Shown: positions 13,019-26,103, counted from the stretch's first letter. The stretch: DNA of 57,644 nt from Psammoneis japonica (GCA_008632985.1 QPGO01000032.1:1-57644); one strand, 5' to 3'. Program-made: numbers and translations. Notes: generated by a model from the letters alone, not told the origin.

Positions 13019-16000
13019 ATGGCGGATGCTGGCAACAACGGAACGGCTAGTAGATCCCCCAGAGCACAAAGTGGAGGATCTCCAAACAACGTCATTGAGC
13101 TCTTGTCTGACGATGAGGTGAATGACAAGCCTCCGGCTCTGCCTCCTCAACGACCCAAACGTGAAAGTCCTCCGTCGTAGCTGCTGTTGCTGATGCTTCC
13201 AGAAAATCCTTACAGGGCGGCCTTGTCTTGGAAGAAGATATTGATCACCTCGTCACGAGTCGCAATACTGTATCGGATGAAAGTGACGAAGACAGCTCCA
13301 AGGTTACTCTGGGTTCTTATGTGCAGCAACAGGATCAATCGAAAGCAGTCGGGGGTAACGTCGTCCTCTACCACGATCCCGACTTTGAAAGCACACCGGC
13401 ATCCATCGAAGGACACAGCCGTTCCAAAAAGGTTGAAAAGTGTCGATGCTCTCCTTCTCTCCCTGTTGCTTTGTCTTATAAATCCAAAGGCCCCAACAAA
13501 GGCCGTCCTTACCATCACTGTCCCAAAACATCAACCAATGCCGATACTTTCGATGGGCCTTTCAAGCAGAACGTATGCACTGGTATCGATTTGGACCTCA
13601 TACGGGCCATGTGATTGTGCGTGATGGGGGATTTTCAGCCAACGACTTGGTGCAAGGCAAAGTGGGGGATTGTTGGTTTCTAAGTGCCCTTGCAGTCATT
13701 GCGGAGCGTCCCGACCTAATCATGAGGTTGTTTATGGGGAATGATGCAAGTGCACTCAACAACCCGTATGGCATTGTTCAAGTCAACCTATTCTTGGATG
13801 GATATTGGAAGACGATCGTCATGGACAATTTCCTTCCTTGTATCATTGATAGCGAGGCCGAGAATGAGCTACAGCAGGCTATGCAAGCAAGTCTAGCTCA
13901 TGCTCCAATGTTTGCGTCGTCTTCCTCATCGACGTTGTCAAATCAACAGTCTTCTTCCAAGTACGACCCGCATGCACTGTCAGACAAGAATCGGCAGGTG
14001 CTAGCGGAGACACAAAGCTTCCTGGAAGAGGATCGAAAGCGGCCTGTCAATCCATACGCAAAGAAACCTCCGTGCAATTTCAAAACAAACGCAAGCCGCA
14101 ATAACTCCTCATGATATCGTCCACTTCTGTCCCAAATAAACTCGGCCGACTCGTCACAACGGAGGATCTGGCATACTCCAAGGCTAGAAAACAACAACTT
14201 TGGGTACCCTTTCTCGAAAAGGCCTATGCCAAGAGTCATGGATGTTATCAAGCCATTTCGGGAGGCCATGTAGCGGAGGCATTTTTGGATTTGACGGGCG
14301 CTCCTACTTTGGTATACAACTTGCACAATGATCCCAGTTTCGATCCACGGTCCTTTTGGTACAAGCTATTGACGTATCGCAAACAAAGGCTTCCCATGGG
14401 ATGTGGAACGTCGTCCTCGGCGGCTGGGATTATTGGAATGCATGCTTACTCGATTTTGGACGTCGCGAGATTCGAAACGTCGGTGTTGAATTCTTTCGCG
14501 AGAAGCTTGCCGATCGATCTTTGGGCAATGTCAGTGGGTTTACAGACTTTGATGGCACTGTTCGATTGCTTCGTATTCGAAATCCACACGGTCAAGGTAC
14601 GTTTTAGCGTGAATTTTGCGAGCAACACTAAACACAGATTTGTTGCAGTTCTGACTCTAGCTTTACGCTTTTTCTACGTATAGGCGAATGGAAGGGAGAG
14701 TTCAGTGACAAGAGTGCGATATGGGAAAAGCTTCTGCAGCATACTGGCCGAAGCGAGTCCATGAATAGTCCCGGTCTATCTTCACTGGAACGGACCATGA
14801 AGAACGACGGGACGTTTTGGATTGACTATGATTCCTTCCTGATGGGTTTTAGCAATGTGGACGTGGTTTTGGCCTTCATGGGAAACCACGCAAAAAGTTT
14901 TGCATCGAACTTTCCTGAAAAGAAATCAAACAATCGGTGTACACGGGCGTTTGAAGTGAGCTTGCTAGACATTCAACCGGGAGTCCCGTCGCGTGATACA
15001 GTCGAGTTATATGTCATGGGGATCCAAAAGACACGGCGAGGCTCGTACCACGGTAGAGCAGATCGAAAGGTCTCGTACAAGATTTGTGATTTGGGTATTC
15101 TTGTCGGCAAAAACGATGGTGGGAGAATGGATGGGGAGGGAACTACTAATGAAGAGATAGAATTTGATTCCGTGGAAGGGCAAATGTTCGGGTTCCGGCA
15201 GAATGGTCACTACCGGCTGATTCTAAATCGAAAGAAGAGCAAGAGTCTTGTGGTGATGCCGGTATCATTTGGTCATCCAGCTGCTACTGATAAAGAAAAA
15301 AGCTTTGTGCTTCGGTTCGTTGCGGATGCTCCTCTGCTAATCCGGGAGATACCCACGGTTCCGAGGATGGACAAGGTGTTGCAGAAGTTCTGTTTCGAAC
15401 CGGATCCTTATTCTGCTGGGATCAGGCAGAGGAAGAAACGAGTTTTGCTAGAGGATACAGATGGGATTCAGATGTATGGGGAGCCGCTGTATCGTGTCTT
15501 CCAAGTCGATTGTCTTGCCAATGGAGGTGGCGTTGTGTTTGTCTACTTCTGCGTCAACGACATGCTCATGCAGAAGAAAGGTATCAGCCAGCGTGACTTT
15601 CGATTGGATTTGTCCATTGAAGCAACCTGTCGCGGTATGACTTGCCGATTGGATAATGGCTTCTTGGCCCACGAGACCCTAGCAAAAGGCAAGAAATTCG
15701 AGGCTGCATGGAGAAAATTTGAAGCGAACTTTTCTGCGGAATCAAAGACCCGCTTGCTGATGGTGTTGGTACAGTCAGGTCAAGATAGTGAAATGGGCAC
15801 TGTCATTTGCAGGAAACAAGAAACACGGAAGAGCGCCCCGGGTGAAGGACTAAAGCAGACCAACATCACTCTTTCCGGTTCACTGGCGTCCGGCGACGGA
15901 TCTCTTACAGCAGCTGACGGATATGCTCGTTTGGGTGTCTTCAATGGAATCGATTCCGCCTTTCCGGAGAAGCATCGTGCTGCAAGGTTCGGACGAAGCG

Positions 16001-16590
16001 AAGTATCAGGGATCATGTCTGATGCCCTACGTCTTGATTTAGTTGATGATGATTTGGAACGCGCCTTGGCGTTATCGCGAGGAGACACTGAAATGAGAGA
16101 AGCGATTGATCTGAGTAAAGAAGAAACCGCTTCATCGGAAGAAAAGCAAATGGCATTGGCTCTTCAAAATAGCATGGCTGAAACAAACGCCGTTGACCAG
16201 AGTCTACAAGAAGCAATATCCGCATCCTCAAAAGTCGCCAGAAAATCCGTGGAAGCATCTTCTATAACCTTTGACAACGACATAGAGGAAGCCATCAGAC
16301 GTTCTCTTCGAGAGAAGACCGCGGTCGCCACGGGGGGAGGAGGTTTCTTTGATGTCGATACTTCAACACAGAATGATGCACACTTGAAGCCCCCAGCCAC
16401 AAAGCGGCGGAAAAATGACCCAGACGTTATTGAGCTCATGGATGACGAAGACGATGGCGAGGGAAAAGGGGACATCGCCACAACAGCGGCACAAACTTCG
16501 AACCAAGCACCTGAGCTTGAAGAGAAACGACGACTGGCTGCCGAAGCCGCGGAAATGCGCTTTGCCCGTCTTTATCCCAATCCTAAGTAG
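13019..16590 (+). CDS. Calpain-family cysteine protease with zf-GRF, UIM, SIM and VIM-like motifs; several frameshifts, intron 14598-14683
   Basis: QGKVGDCWFLSAL (catalytic Cys), LEKAYAK, HAYSILD (His), RIRNPHGQGEW (Asn). CRC...GPNKGRPYHHC zinc finger. UIM-like helices. Confidence 0.85.
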
Positions 16591-16759
16591 GGAAGATAAA
16601 AGAGAACCGCGGCACATCATAACCTCACCACACAATCATCTATTTCAACCGACGACCCTGGCACTCAACAAAAAGGTGTACCATAGCGTCCTAATTACTT
16701 CTAAGACCGATTGTAATTATCTCCGTTTGGATTCGACGTTGCTTGAGTCGATGACCTGA

Positions 16760-18180
16760 CTGTTTGCACCCCACCCAAGGTTCAGATGGTGATGAATGAG
16801 TCAACATGAACATCAATGTGACCCTTGCAGTTTTCTCAAGCGTGCATGTGTTGGATCTGATCGAAGGTTGTAAATGTTTGTTCATGGCTCCTTTTTCTTC
16901 TTGCAATCGTTGCTTTTGCAATCTGGCCCAGCTCACACATTTTGAGAGTCCTTGCAACACTTGAACATTGGTCTTCTGACTGGTCACCAAAACAGTCATC
17001 ATTGAGTGCAGCAGCTTGTTCCAAATTTTGTCCATCTTGCAAAAATTTTCTCATCAGGTCATGTTTCTTTAAAGCCAGGGGCAGACTTTACTTGCTTGGG
17101 ACACTCTCAAAGACTGCAGCGCAAATGCAAAGTCATGCACGTTCTTGGCACCTGATGCTGTGGGCAGCAGATCTTTGCTGTTGCAAGTGTGAAAATTCAC
17201 TTTTTTTGAGCTCGTCTGGACACTCACATGATGGATTTTGAGCTCTTGCTGCCACTTGGTCTGAAGAAAAAAGCACACAGGATGTCATTTTTGTGCGCCA
17301 TTTAAACACTTGTGTTCAAAGAAGGGCAGGAGGCACTGTGGACAATGACACGAGATGACACAGAAGCTGCAGAGTGCAGTGTGCTGGGCATGTTTCAGGC
17401 ACATCTCTGGGGGCAGCAGCTGTTTCCAAAGAATCTTGTGGAGAACTTGCAGCAAAACATGGACAGTTTGGAGAGTTTCATTTTTGGTGCACCACGCATT
17501 TTCGTGCAGCGTGTGCACACACCACATGCAAACTTTTTTGCGCCGCTGCTCTGTCGTGCAGTTGTGACTTGAGCCATGAAACAAAGCTGAGAATTGCTCT
17601 CTCAGCCATGTGCCAATGAGCAGATGCACCCCTCCTGCTGTGCTCAACAGCACTGTGAGAGCTGCTTTTGCTCTTGCACCCAACGCATCAGAGAAGCAAT
17701 GGCGCAATCTTGCAGCAAGCATTTCTCTCAATGTGGAGCACAGAAAACTGGTGCCATTGTGAGTGTTGGGGGGTGCAAGCATGCCACACAATGCTCTGAC
17801 AAAGCAATGGCTGTGTGAAAGCCTGGGCATTGTTTGAAGTGTGCAACAGGATGCAAGCCGTGTGCATCGTGCACTCCACCAGACAAGAAACAACAGCGCC
17901 GCCATTGAGTGCACGACTCGAGCCTTGCCCCCAGCTTCTCTTGCATTGGCACACATGTTTGTGACAATGCTGTGGCAAGGCACCCACCCAAGTGAGCCAT
18001 GAGAAATCAAGAGATGCAGCACAATTCATTGTGATGAGAGAGGGCCGAGGCACTCCGGCCATCCACACAGCCTGTGTTGAGGAGGGTCGAGCAGCAAGAA
18101 CAACACAGCACAGCTGAACACACCACAAAAGTGGATGATTGTGTTTTTTCAGAAGAAGATGCACAGCCTTCCAGCAGCCT
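16760..18180. repeat. TpA/CpG-depleted degenerate repeat or TE-like block
   Basis: Only a handful of TpA, strong TG/CA enrichment, and spurious Cys/His-rich ORFs in all frames. Confidence 0.6.
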
Positions 18181-18461
18181 CTACACTACCACTCTATCTA
18201 GCTAGGGCCCTAGAGCAGAGATGCCACGAAAAGAGCGGTTCCAGCCATCAGTGCGTTTTGGCGTTTTCGGTCAAATTCGGTGAAAAATGGAGATGGCTCA
18301 CTTGTTTCGTGGCAAAACCCCGACAAACGCACTGCCAGAAGCACGTCCGACCACAGGCTCCGCGCCGCAGCAGCCCCCAGCTCTTTGGACACACCATGAC
18401 AACCATCGCACTTACGTAGCTGTTAGAAACTTGTGCGTACCAGTGTTCAAGTTGTCGGAAA

Positions 18462-19205
18462 ATGACAATGGGACCTTCATCACCACTAGATGTTCAGGTC
18501 ATACCATGGATCTTGCTGTTTCTGGGGTTTCTCTTGGGACGATCCGACAGGGATTCCAGCATGACAGTGTCACTTGAAGCGCTCGTTGCAACGTGGCAGT
18601 CTTGGGTCAACACGGTTTTGGTTCCCATCTATGGCATAGCTGTCTTTCTATTCATCGCACCGCGTCTCTGGAAGCAGCTGAATTTGAAGCAATTTGTCAG
18701 AACAGCGCCTGCACCTGCAAGAGAAGAGGAGGAACCGCTTCTGGGAGAAGAAGAGGAGGTTGACGAGGAAGGTCCGAAAGGCCTGACTGGTGCCTACAAA
18801 TTAGTCAAGAATGATAACTTTGATGGATTTTTGGAGGCACAGGGTGTTCCGTGGGCATTGAGACGAGCAGCTGACAAGGCACGACCTACCCATCGCATTA
18901 CACACCGGGGAAACAAGGTTCGAATTCAAATACGCGGCCTTATCGAGAGTGAAACCACCTACCAAATAGACGGGCCTCCGGTCGAAGTCAATATTCGTGG
19001 ACGCATCTTTCGGGACAAAGTAGTGTATCTGGATTCAGGAGATGGCATTCGAGTGTTCAAGGAGGCTCAGAAGGAAAACTACAACATTGAAGTGACGCGA
19101 AGGTGGTCCTCAGACCGGAATACCATAACCATGACGAGTCGTGCCATTTTTACAGATGGACAAGAGCCCGTTGTGTCCGTGCAGCAATTTGAACGAATTG
19201 AATGA
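18462..19205 (+). CDS. Fatty-acid-binding protein (calycin) domain with N-terminal TM segments
   Basis: LTGAYKLVKNDNFDGFLEAQGVPWALRRAA matches the FABP N-terminal motif. Two hydrophobic segments and an acidic linker precede it. Confidence 0.75.
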   Translation: MTMGPSSPLDVQVIPWILLFLGFLLGRSDRDSSMTVSLEALVATWQSWVNTVLVPIYGIAVFLFIAPRLWKQLNLKQFVRTAPAPAREEEEPLLGEEEEVDEEGPKGLTGAYKLVKNDNFDGFLEAQGVPWALRRAADKARPTHRITHRGNKVRIQIRGLIESETTYQIDGPPVEVNIRGRIFRDKVVYLDSGDGIRVFKEAQKENYNIEVTRRWSSDRNTITMTSRAIFTDGQEPVVSVQQFERIE

Positions 19206-19881
19206 GAAGAACATGAAAATATGGAAGAGAATGGGTCGAAAGTTAAAATAAGAGGGACATCTTGCAGACCACGACCAACCAGACATGGTATGTACTTTTG
19301 CCCTTCTGAAGCAAAGAAGCATCTGGACCAGCAGCTACCACTGCAAGCTACTTTGCATTGTTTGGGAACCCACTTTCAACGGGCTAGAATCAAGGAAGTG
19401 AGCGAGGTTCCGTATAGGTGTTCAAAGACTAGGTATCTATCGAACCTTTTTAGCAGAAGTAGGGGCCCTACCTTGTTTAGTTTGGCATCCGTCGACTGCG
19501 TATGTAGGCATTGAGGCAGTTGTTTTTGTTTCTGCATTATGGTTCCACTAATGAGCATTACTCAAAAATGCCAAACGAGTTTCTTTTCAGTACCTTGAGA
19601 TGGTCTTGCAATAATGGCCATTCGAAACAAAAAGCAAGTTCTCAAAATTGTGAAATCTATTTGAATTTACTGGATGTCTATGCTATTTACATGAAGTGCC
19701 GTTGTCCACGTGATTGGCTTTGTACATGTGATGGCTTGAAGAGAAATTACGAACTGAAGCGCGATGCTTTATCGTTCAATGACCTTGGGCTTGGCTTCTG
19801 TTCCATGGTGGCAGTGAACAATGCCTCGTCTTCCTTGTCGAAGAACGGTTTAAGCTTGGTCTCCATTGTTGTCCGCCAAGT

Positions 19882-20130
19882 TCATCTCTCTCCCATTTCA
19901 ACATAGAAGCCCCAGTTCTCCGGAGGAAGTTGGGATGCGCTATGGTCAAACGAGTCCCTTCTGCTTGGGCTTTCACATTCGGCCAAGGAAGAAAGTGAGG
20001 CGTAGGATTTTCTTGTGTCTGGGCTACCCCATCCGTTGCTTCGGCTGAGTGGTCTTGGTGTTTCCATACCGGTAGAAAGGGATAGTGAGGCTAGTGCCAC
20101 GGCGGTAGCAATGTCTTCTGGTGATGACAT
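19882..20130 (-). CDS. Small (82 aa) Ser-rich protein ending in NWGFYVE
   Basis: ATG at 20130, preceded by an A/C-rich leader. C-terminal motif shared with the divergent neighbour. Confidence 0.55.
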   Translation of the reverse strand: MSSPEDIATAVALASLSLSTGMETPRPLSRSNGWGSPDTRKSYASLSSLAECESPSRRDSFDHSASQLPPENWGFYVEMGER

Positions 20131-20332
20131 GATTTTTTGTTTGCGGGTGTAGGTTGTTGTGAACGGTGAAATATGAAGCGATTCGTATTTTATGAGCGGA
20201 TTGATTGCTTCTGTGATTGATTTGTTGTCACAGCTCGTGATGCCGCTTTGATGTGATGGCGCAAAATGGGAATGATCATGATGACATCCGGAAAAGCACA
20301 ATGATGACGATGACATCATCGTTTCTCACTCT

Positions 20333-20701
20333 TGACGTTGTTTTCTACGCGATGTAGGGGCCACGTCAAAGAAACAGTCATCTGACGAATAATGAGGTAC
20401 AAGATAACCAGCGTCATCTTCAGAAATATCTCAAAGCAGTCATTTGAATACGAGATATCAAGTGGATTAGATATTTCAATTACTTAAGGTGTGTCACTGA
20501 TGTCAGAAGGCGATTTCAAACGTTCTTGTGGTCGTCACTCGTGAGTCGTGCTTGCCTTTCTGGTGTCAAAATTGACCTGCCACGTCTGCGAATCCTCAAC
20601 GTTGATTGGTCCATTGACGATGTTCGGAGCTCCTAAACGTCATGTCGATGTCACGATTGCGTATGCGTCACCGACTCTGTTTCGCGTCGAAAGCCACGTC
20701 A
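20333..20701. promoter_or_regulatory. Cluster of TGACG[T/C] bZIP/CCRE-like elements in a bidirectional promoter
   Basis: TGACGT at 20333; ACGTCA at 20363, 20637 and 20696; GCGTCA at 20411 and 20665. Confidence 0.5.
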
Positions 20702-20872
20702 GATCATTTTTGCCATCACACGAAATGAATCCTTTGGCATCAACCTTCGCGCTTCTTCTCACAATTGCTTTTTCGGCACAAAAACGACGTCCGGTTCGAC
20801 AAAAGCCTTACCTCCCAGGGCTCTCTCTCCCATTTCCTCATCTTTCTTTCGACAAGTTCCTTATAACCTAAA

Positions 20873-21157
20873 ATGCCAGCTATTTTGAACAAGAGCTTCA
20901 GCCACAGACGGCAAATCTTTGCAAGAAGACAAGACCGAGCCATGCCTACGACCGTACCAATTTCAGAAGGAAGACCATCAATACATGGCATGCCAAAACG
21001 ATTTGGAAGCACAAGTACACATTCAGCATCCTCAAATCTTTCAATACTTTCCGATGAATCTGAAAGCTCATACTTGAATGGTGCCGCACCACGAGGTCCC
21101 GTCGCCGACGACAGTTCATCAAGTGACTGGGGTCACTTCGTGGACGTCGTTTGGTAG
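20873..21157 (+). CDS. Small (94 aa) Ser-rich protein ending in DWGHFVD
   Basis: AAAATG start context. C-terminal WGxFVD motif resembles that of the divergent ORF. Confidence 0.6.
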   Translation: MPAILNKSFSHRRQIFARRQDRAMPTTVPISEGRPSIHGMPKRFGSTSTHSASSNLSILSDESESSYLNGAAPRGPVADDSSSSDWGHFVDVVW

Positions 21158-21514
21158 TTACAGACGGCGCTTTCCTGCTAAACAAGCTAAGAATCTGCCC
21201 ATGAGCTACTGCACGGTTAACGTGGACTGGAATGTAAATTGAAAGAGGCGGGCTATTACGTACCTACGCATAATGCTATACATTAATATTAGAATTTTTG
21301 AAACACTCCATATATCTCTCGGTTTTTCAATTAAAGTACATCATTATTTTTGGAATCATCTCTACAGGTTCGTTTTGTGGTAAATCTTGTTGCTCGGGAC
21401 GCACTAAAAAGGTAAAGCCCAAGTGAAAACGGTCTCCACTTCTTACTGTGTTGTTTGCGCGGCGTTCAGTCGTGATGGCGTTTCGCGCATGCTGGAACTC
21501 GTCGTATTGCTAAT

Positions 21515-23871
21515 TTACTGCCTCCGAAATGCAATCAGCAATCCCATCGGCATCAAGCGACTGCGGTATCGAGGCATCGGGGTTGCTCCATGCAATACAT
21601 CGCCGTTGGAATTCACGTGGACCACTTCTCTTACAATTCGAACCACGATTTCCTGTGTTCCTGGTATTTGTCGCGCACTGGGATCAGCATGGATTTCAAC
21701 GCTTTGATCTGTAGAGAAGAAGTAGACGTACATTCCGTAGCATCCAAAGATGAACCAGAACACGGCAACAATAGCCAGGCATCCCAAGAATAAACCGAGA
21801 AGCACAGTGTATCTATCCCAGGCCTTCCCTAAAGGAGTTGGCGATCGATTGGTGGGACGTTCGAGGATTCAAGCTTGGTTTTCACGTCCTTTTCACCTTT
21901 CGCAGCCAGAGATCTAACCACAGACCTAACCGACCGTGACTGTTCCTGCGTGCTTGTTGGTTTCGGATGCAATATTCGTGCATCAGACGGCTCCTTTTTC
22001 TCGCCAGCTTTACTGCTGTTGGTTACTGCTGGCTTGGATTCCCTGCGAGCAAAGTCTCAACTTTTTCATTTCGACGCTTTTTGATTAGTTCATCAAGGGC
22101 TCTATAAAACTGATCGGTAGCTGGAGTATCATCTGCAAGATTTGGTATTGGTTCCAACGAATCTCGAATAGGTAAAATGTACTCGTGCTCAAGGTCGAAT
22201 GCATGTGGATCCACCTCTTCGCGATTTGACAATTGGCCATCCTGATCGCCTCCTCTTCGAGCGTCATGTGGGTCGCTTGCTATCCTTTGGCGGCCTCCCA
22301 TTGCTATTCTGAACGTTAGATTGCATGGGAGTCACTTGTTGCGCATCATTGTCGTCTGCATCAAGGGTTGGCTGCTTCAGATCCTCCATATCAAATGTTT
22401 CGTCCTCATCCGGAACTTTTTCATCACCGTGTTGATCTTTCACTCGCTCCGCATGATCTGGTGTGAACGACGCTGCCGAAACGTCTCGTGCGCTTATCAG
22501 GGACAGTCGCTTCGCTCTTTCAGATACCTGTCTCTGAAGCAGCTCTACATTTACAACTTCACTGGCATGCTCATTCCAGTGCTGCTCTAACTGGCGAGCG
22601 GTATCATCCCCGTCCTCAGCCTCGCCGATCGTTTCTTTGAGTGACTGTGATTCGGAACCCATGGCAGATGTTTCTGCTCGTTCGTTCAAAATGACATTGC
22701 TAGGTAGACTGTCGGCATCAACGTCTCCTCCTCCTCCTGAAACTATGTCTCGTATACTTGAGCCACCACTCCCGCCATCGCCTCTACCTAGCGAGCTGAG
22801 TATAGCTTGTTCCGCAGTAGCATCTGGATCTCCAATCAAATGTGGATCAATATATGTCTGTCGCTCGTATCGATTGCGATCTCGTCTCATTTGAGCCCGA
22901 GTATTGGCATCCATCGAGGCCGTTGATATTGGCCGGTGAAGTTCATTTTCCATTTCCAGCGCATGACACAGGTAGGCTGTTACTTCTGCAAACGCCAAGG
23001 TCGCGGCTGGATCTGCAAAGAGTTCAACCGCAGCCCATACACACTCTGACGTGTCATGCAACAACTTTTTCGTCCGTCCAGTGGAGGCTGCATCTACCAT
23101 ACGACAACCCAATACAGACATTTGTTCCAGCAAGGATTTCATTTCTGGAGTACTTTGGAAATAAGAAAGGCGGAGAGACGAGGTAAGAAACAAAAGAGAG
23201 CGACAAGTCAGCCACGCGGCCCAACATATACAACTTACTGTAGCGCTTCTGACAATTTAACTAAGCACGCCATTGCATCCACAAAAGCTTGTCTCGATGC
23301 TTCACTGCTCGCACAATCCACAATATCGATACCAACAGTCCCAACTCTGTTTCGAAGATCCTTTCCATGGTCTGTTTTGATCAGTACAGATTGAATGTGG
23401 TAGAGACTGGAAGAGACGATTCTTAGCCAGTCCTTTACACGTTGAGGAGTATTGTCTCGAGCAAAATCTTTTGCAGCTGCCCACAGAGCCGGAAGCAAAA
23501 CGGTTCGAGTTACATGGAGAGGTGGGGCAACAATTTTTCCCGTTGTCGAGAGTGTCGCGCCGCCCGCAAATTTGAGCAGTTCCAACATTCCAAGCAGAGC
23601 ATTTGAACCCGTAGTCGCAGCCATTTGACCCAACTTGTCCTGAATTCCAGCAGAAGAACTCTGCGCATCATTATTCTCACTTTTGTCGATAGAATCTGCG
23701 GATGCGTTGGAACCGAGTGATCGTCGCGGTGGCGAACTCTGACTGGCTTGAGCTCCAGCAGAAGGAGATTCTTCCGGGGGCCCATGAGGCACCTGTGCGT
23801 TCCGTTCCTCCTCCTCTCGGTGGTGTCAAACACACTTGAGAATTAAAAGGGGTGTCATTCGCCCTTGACAT
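21515..23871 (-). CDS. Hypothetical protein with a C-terminal TM helix; multi-exon and frameshifted
   Basis: Consecutive protein-like ORFs 23235-23792, 22264-23193, 22023-22301 and 21515-21805. Probable intron near 23157-23237. Confidence 0.6.
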
Positions 23872-24188
23872 GTTTTATGCCTCCAAGGAAGGCGTGCTGT
23901 GTGTGATGGGACGCTGATAATGGGCTGAGCTGATGACTGATGATGATATCGTTGAAATGCTTGACGTTGTTACTTTACGTTCCAGTTTACCTCGTCGTCC
24001 ATTCTCACTTTGAACTTCGCGCGCAACACAAAGCATGCGAGTTCGAACGCGCTATAAGCAAAGCTCGTAGGTATAGAAAAACGATCAATTCGATTGGATC
24101 TTTGGAAGCGCGATAATGACAGTAACTCACGCCGCCGCGCCATGGCGTCAAAGTCGTCTCGCCCATTGCGTGAACCTTGGAATCAACG

Positions 24189-24631
24189 ATGAACTTGCGC
24201 CTTAGGTCGTTGCTATGCGCTGCAACACTCATAATACACGTGTACCAGACGCTCGGCTACTCAGCAATGCCGTCTTTGTCTGTTCGGATCAGAAACTCGT
24301 CAGATGGTTCTTCGTCTCGGTGTTTTGTCAGCAGCGGCTTTTCTTTTCAAGACGAGAACACCTCTCAACTGCTGGTTTCTGTACAAAAGCCACTAGGTAT
24401 CGTATTGGATCAAGACGGGATGGTGGACCGGTTGTGGTGTCGGATGTTGACCAAGCTGGATCAGCGGGAAAGGCGGGGGTTCAACCCGGCGACGTTTTGT
24501 TGGCTGTCCAGAACGCGGACATGTCGAAACTGCCTCTTGAACAAGTTTTGGCAATGATCGGTCAAGCTCCCCAAGTAGTGAATTTGAGATTTATGAGAGT
24601 GGAGGAAGTGAAAGGTCGTTCTAGAGTCTAG
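24189..24631 (+). CDS. Single-PDZ-domain protein with signal peptide (possibly plastid-targeted); frameshift at ~24420
   Basis: KPLGIVL...GSAGKAGVQPGDVLLAV...LEQVLAMI...VNLRF is a PDZ pattern. Hydrophobic N-terminus. Confidence 0.8.
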
Positions 24632-25453
24632 AGCAGGGCACACATTGCGTGATGAATCTTCGGAGAGCATCATCCATTACCGTATAGCTACGAAGGCATG
24701 AGGCTAAACTTGAGAACGCCGTTCAGGCTTGGCTCGGTGAAACTTTGTTGAAAAATGATCTTTTCTTGTAATTTACAACAAAATGAAACACAAGTGACTT
24801 CTGCAGTATCTCTGGCGTATGGTTGGAAGGATTTCTTTGAACCGCTCGCTAACCCCAATCACTAAATATGCAGTCAGCAGTCGTGTATCCCATCATTTGA
24901 TAATGATATACCTTTTCAGTTGTTGTGTGAGCCCATTGTGCAGATTGCATCAAAACTTGTCACTGCTTTTTTTTTCATTGGACCGCCAAGCTCAGCCATG
25001 TCGAGTTTACCCACTACGCTCCTTGCTATAGAAAATAGAGCATGGAAAGAAGGAGCCCTCTAGACTCTAGTTTTCATCTGATATACCTTCCTCCTTTTCT
25101 AAACCATTTGCCCAGCATCACGCTGCCCGCGTACGGTCAGCCATCGCAAAGACTAATAAGCGCCTAGTCAGTAAGACATTCGCTCTTGCTGATACTGTAC
25201 AAGTGCTAAAGAAGCAATCACAATCTCATCATAACAAGTAGTTCCCGTTGCAGCACAGGGACAAGAACAATCCTGGAACCAAACAGTTGATTCATCATTA
25301 TTGGTCGCATCATCCTTGAGTACCCCACGAAGAGGAGCGCGCATGTGGGCGATAAACACCTTACGACCATGTAGCAGGGAACAGCAGTCCAGTAGAAACG
25401 CTTTAGTGTGTCATTCTGGAGCTTCCTTTCTGTATAAGAACCCTCAAGGATAA

Positions 25454-26103
25454 TCATGCGCTGCCTGCCTGAGAGTCACCAGCTGCTATGGCGAAGTCTC
25501 GAAGGTCAATCTCCGACACCTGGATAGCTCGCTTTCGAACAACGCAAACGAACATTACTCGACCCACACTCACACAGAACCGTCTCGGAACGATAGCAAT
25601 ACTTATCGAAGCAATGCACAATGCAGATGCCGATTGTTTGTCACGTACTGACGATGGTTGCATTATCGGTGTAACGGTCCACGTGGAAGAGCAGGTACCG
25701 GCGCCATTCAATATATCTTCGGTATAAAATGTAATTGACTTTGTTATGCTCTCGTCGTCGTCATCAGTAATCGCCACGACGGTCCAGTCTGACGAGAAAA
25801 ATTCCTTCCGCTCCGTCAGACGTGTCACTCGAAGCCGTGTACCTAAGCGAACGGGATCGCCCTTTTTGAAGAGCCAATCTTTCGTTCGAGTGAATACCAC
25901 TGAAAGACGGAAACAATGAAACTGTTGAGCGCCTGAATCGCAACATTCAGGCATACATAACCTAACAGAGTTTTCGGCTCACCGAATGTAACTGGGTGTG
26001 AATCAATGTCAAGGTATTTTTCCCAGACAGCAGAAGCGGGAGCGTGAATTTCTCGCTCTACTGACACTGCAAACTCCAGACAGCGTTCCACAAGAGTGCC
26101 CAT
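25454..26103 (-). CDS. SRPBCC/START-like (polyketide cyclase-like) protein, one intron
   Basis: VSVEREIHAPASAVWEKYLD N-terminal motif. GTGAGC...TTTCAG intron at about 25902-25983 joins to GDPVRLGTRLRV. Confidence 0.6.
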
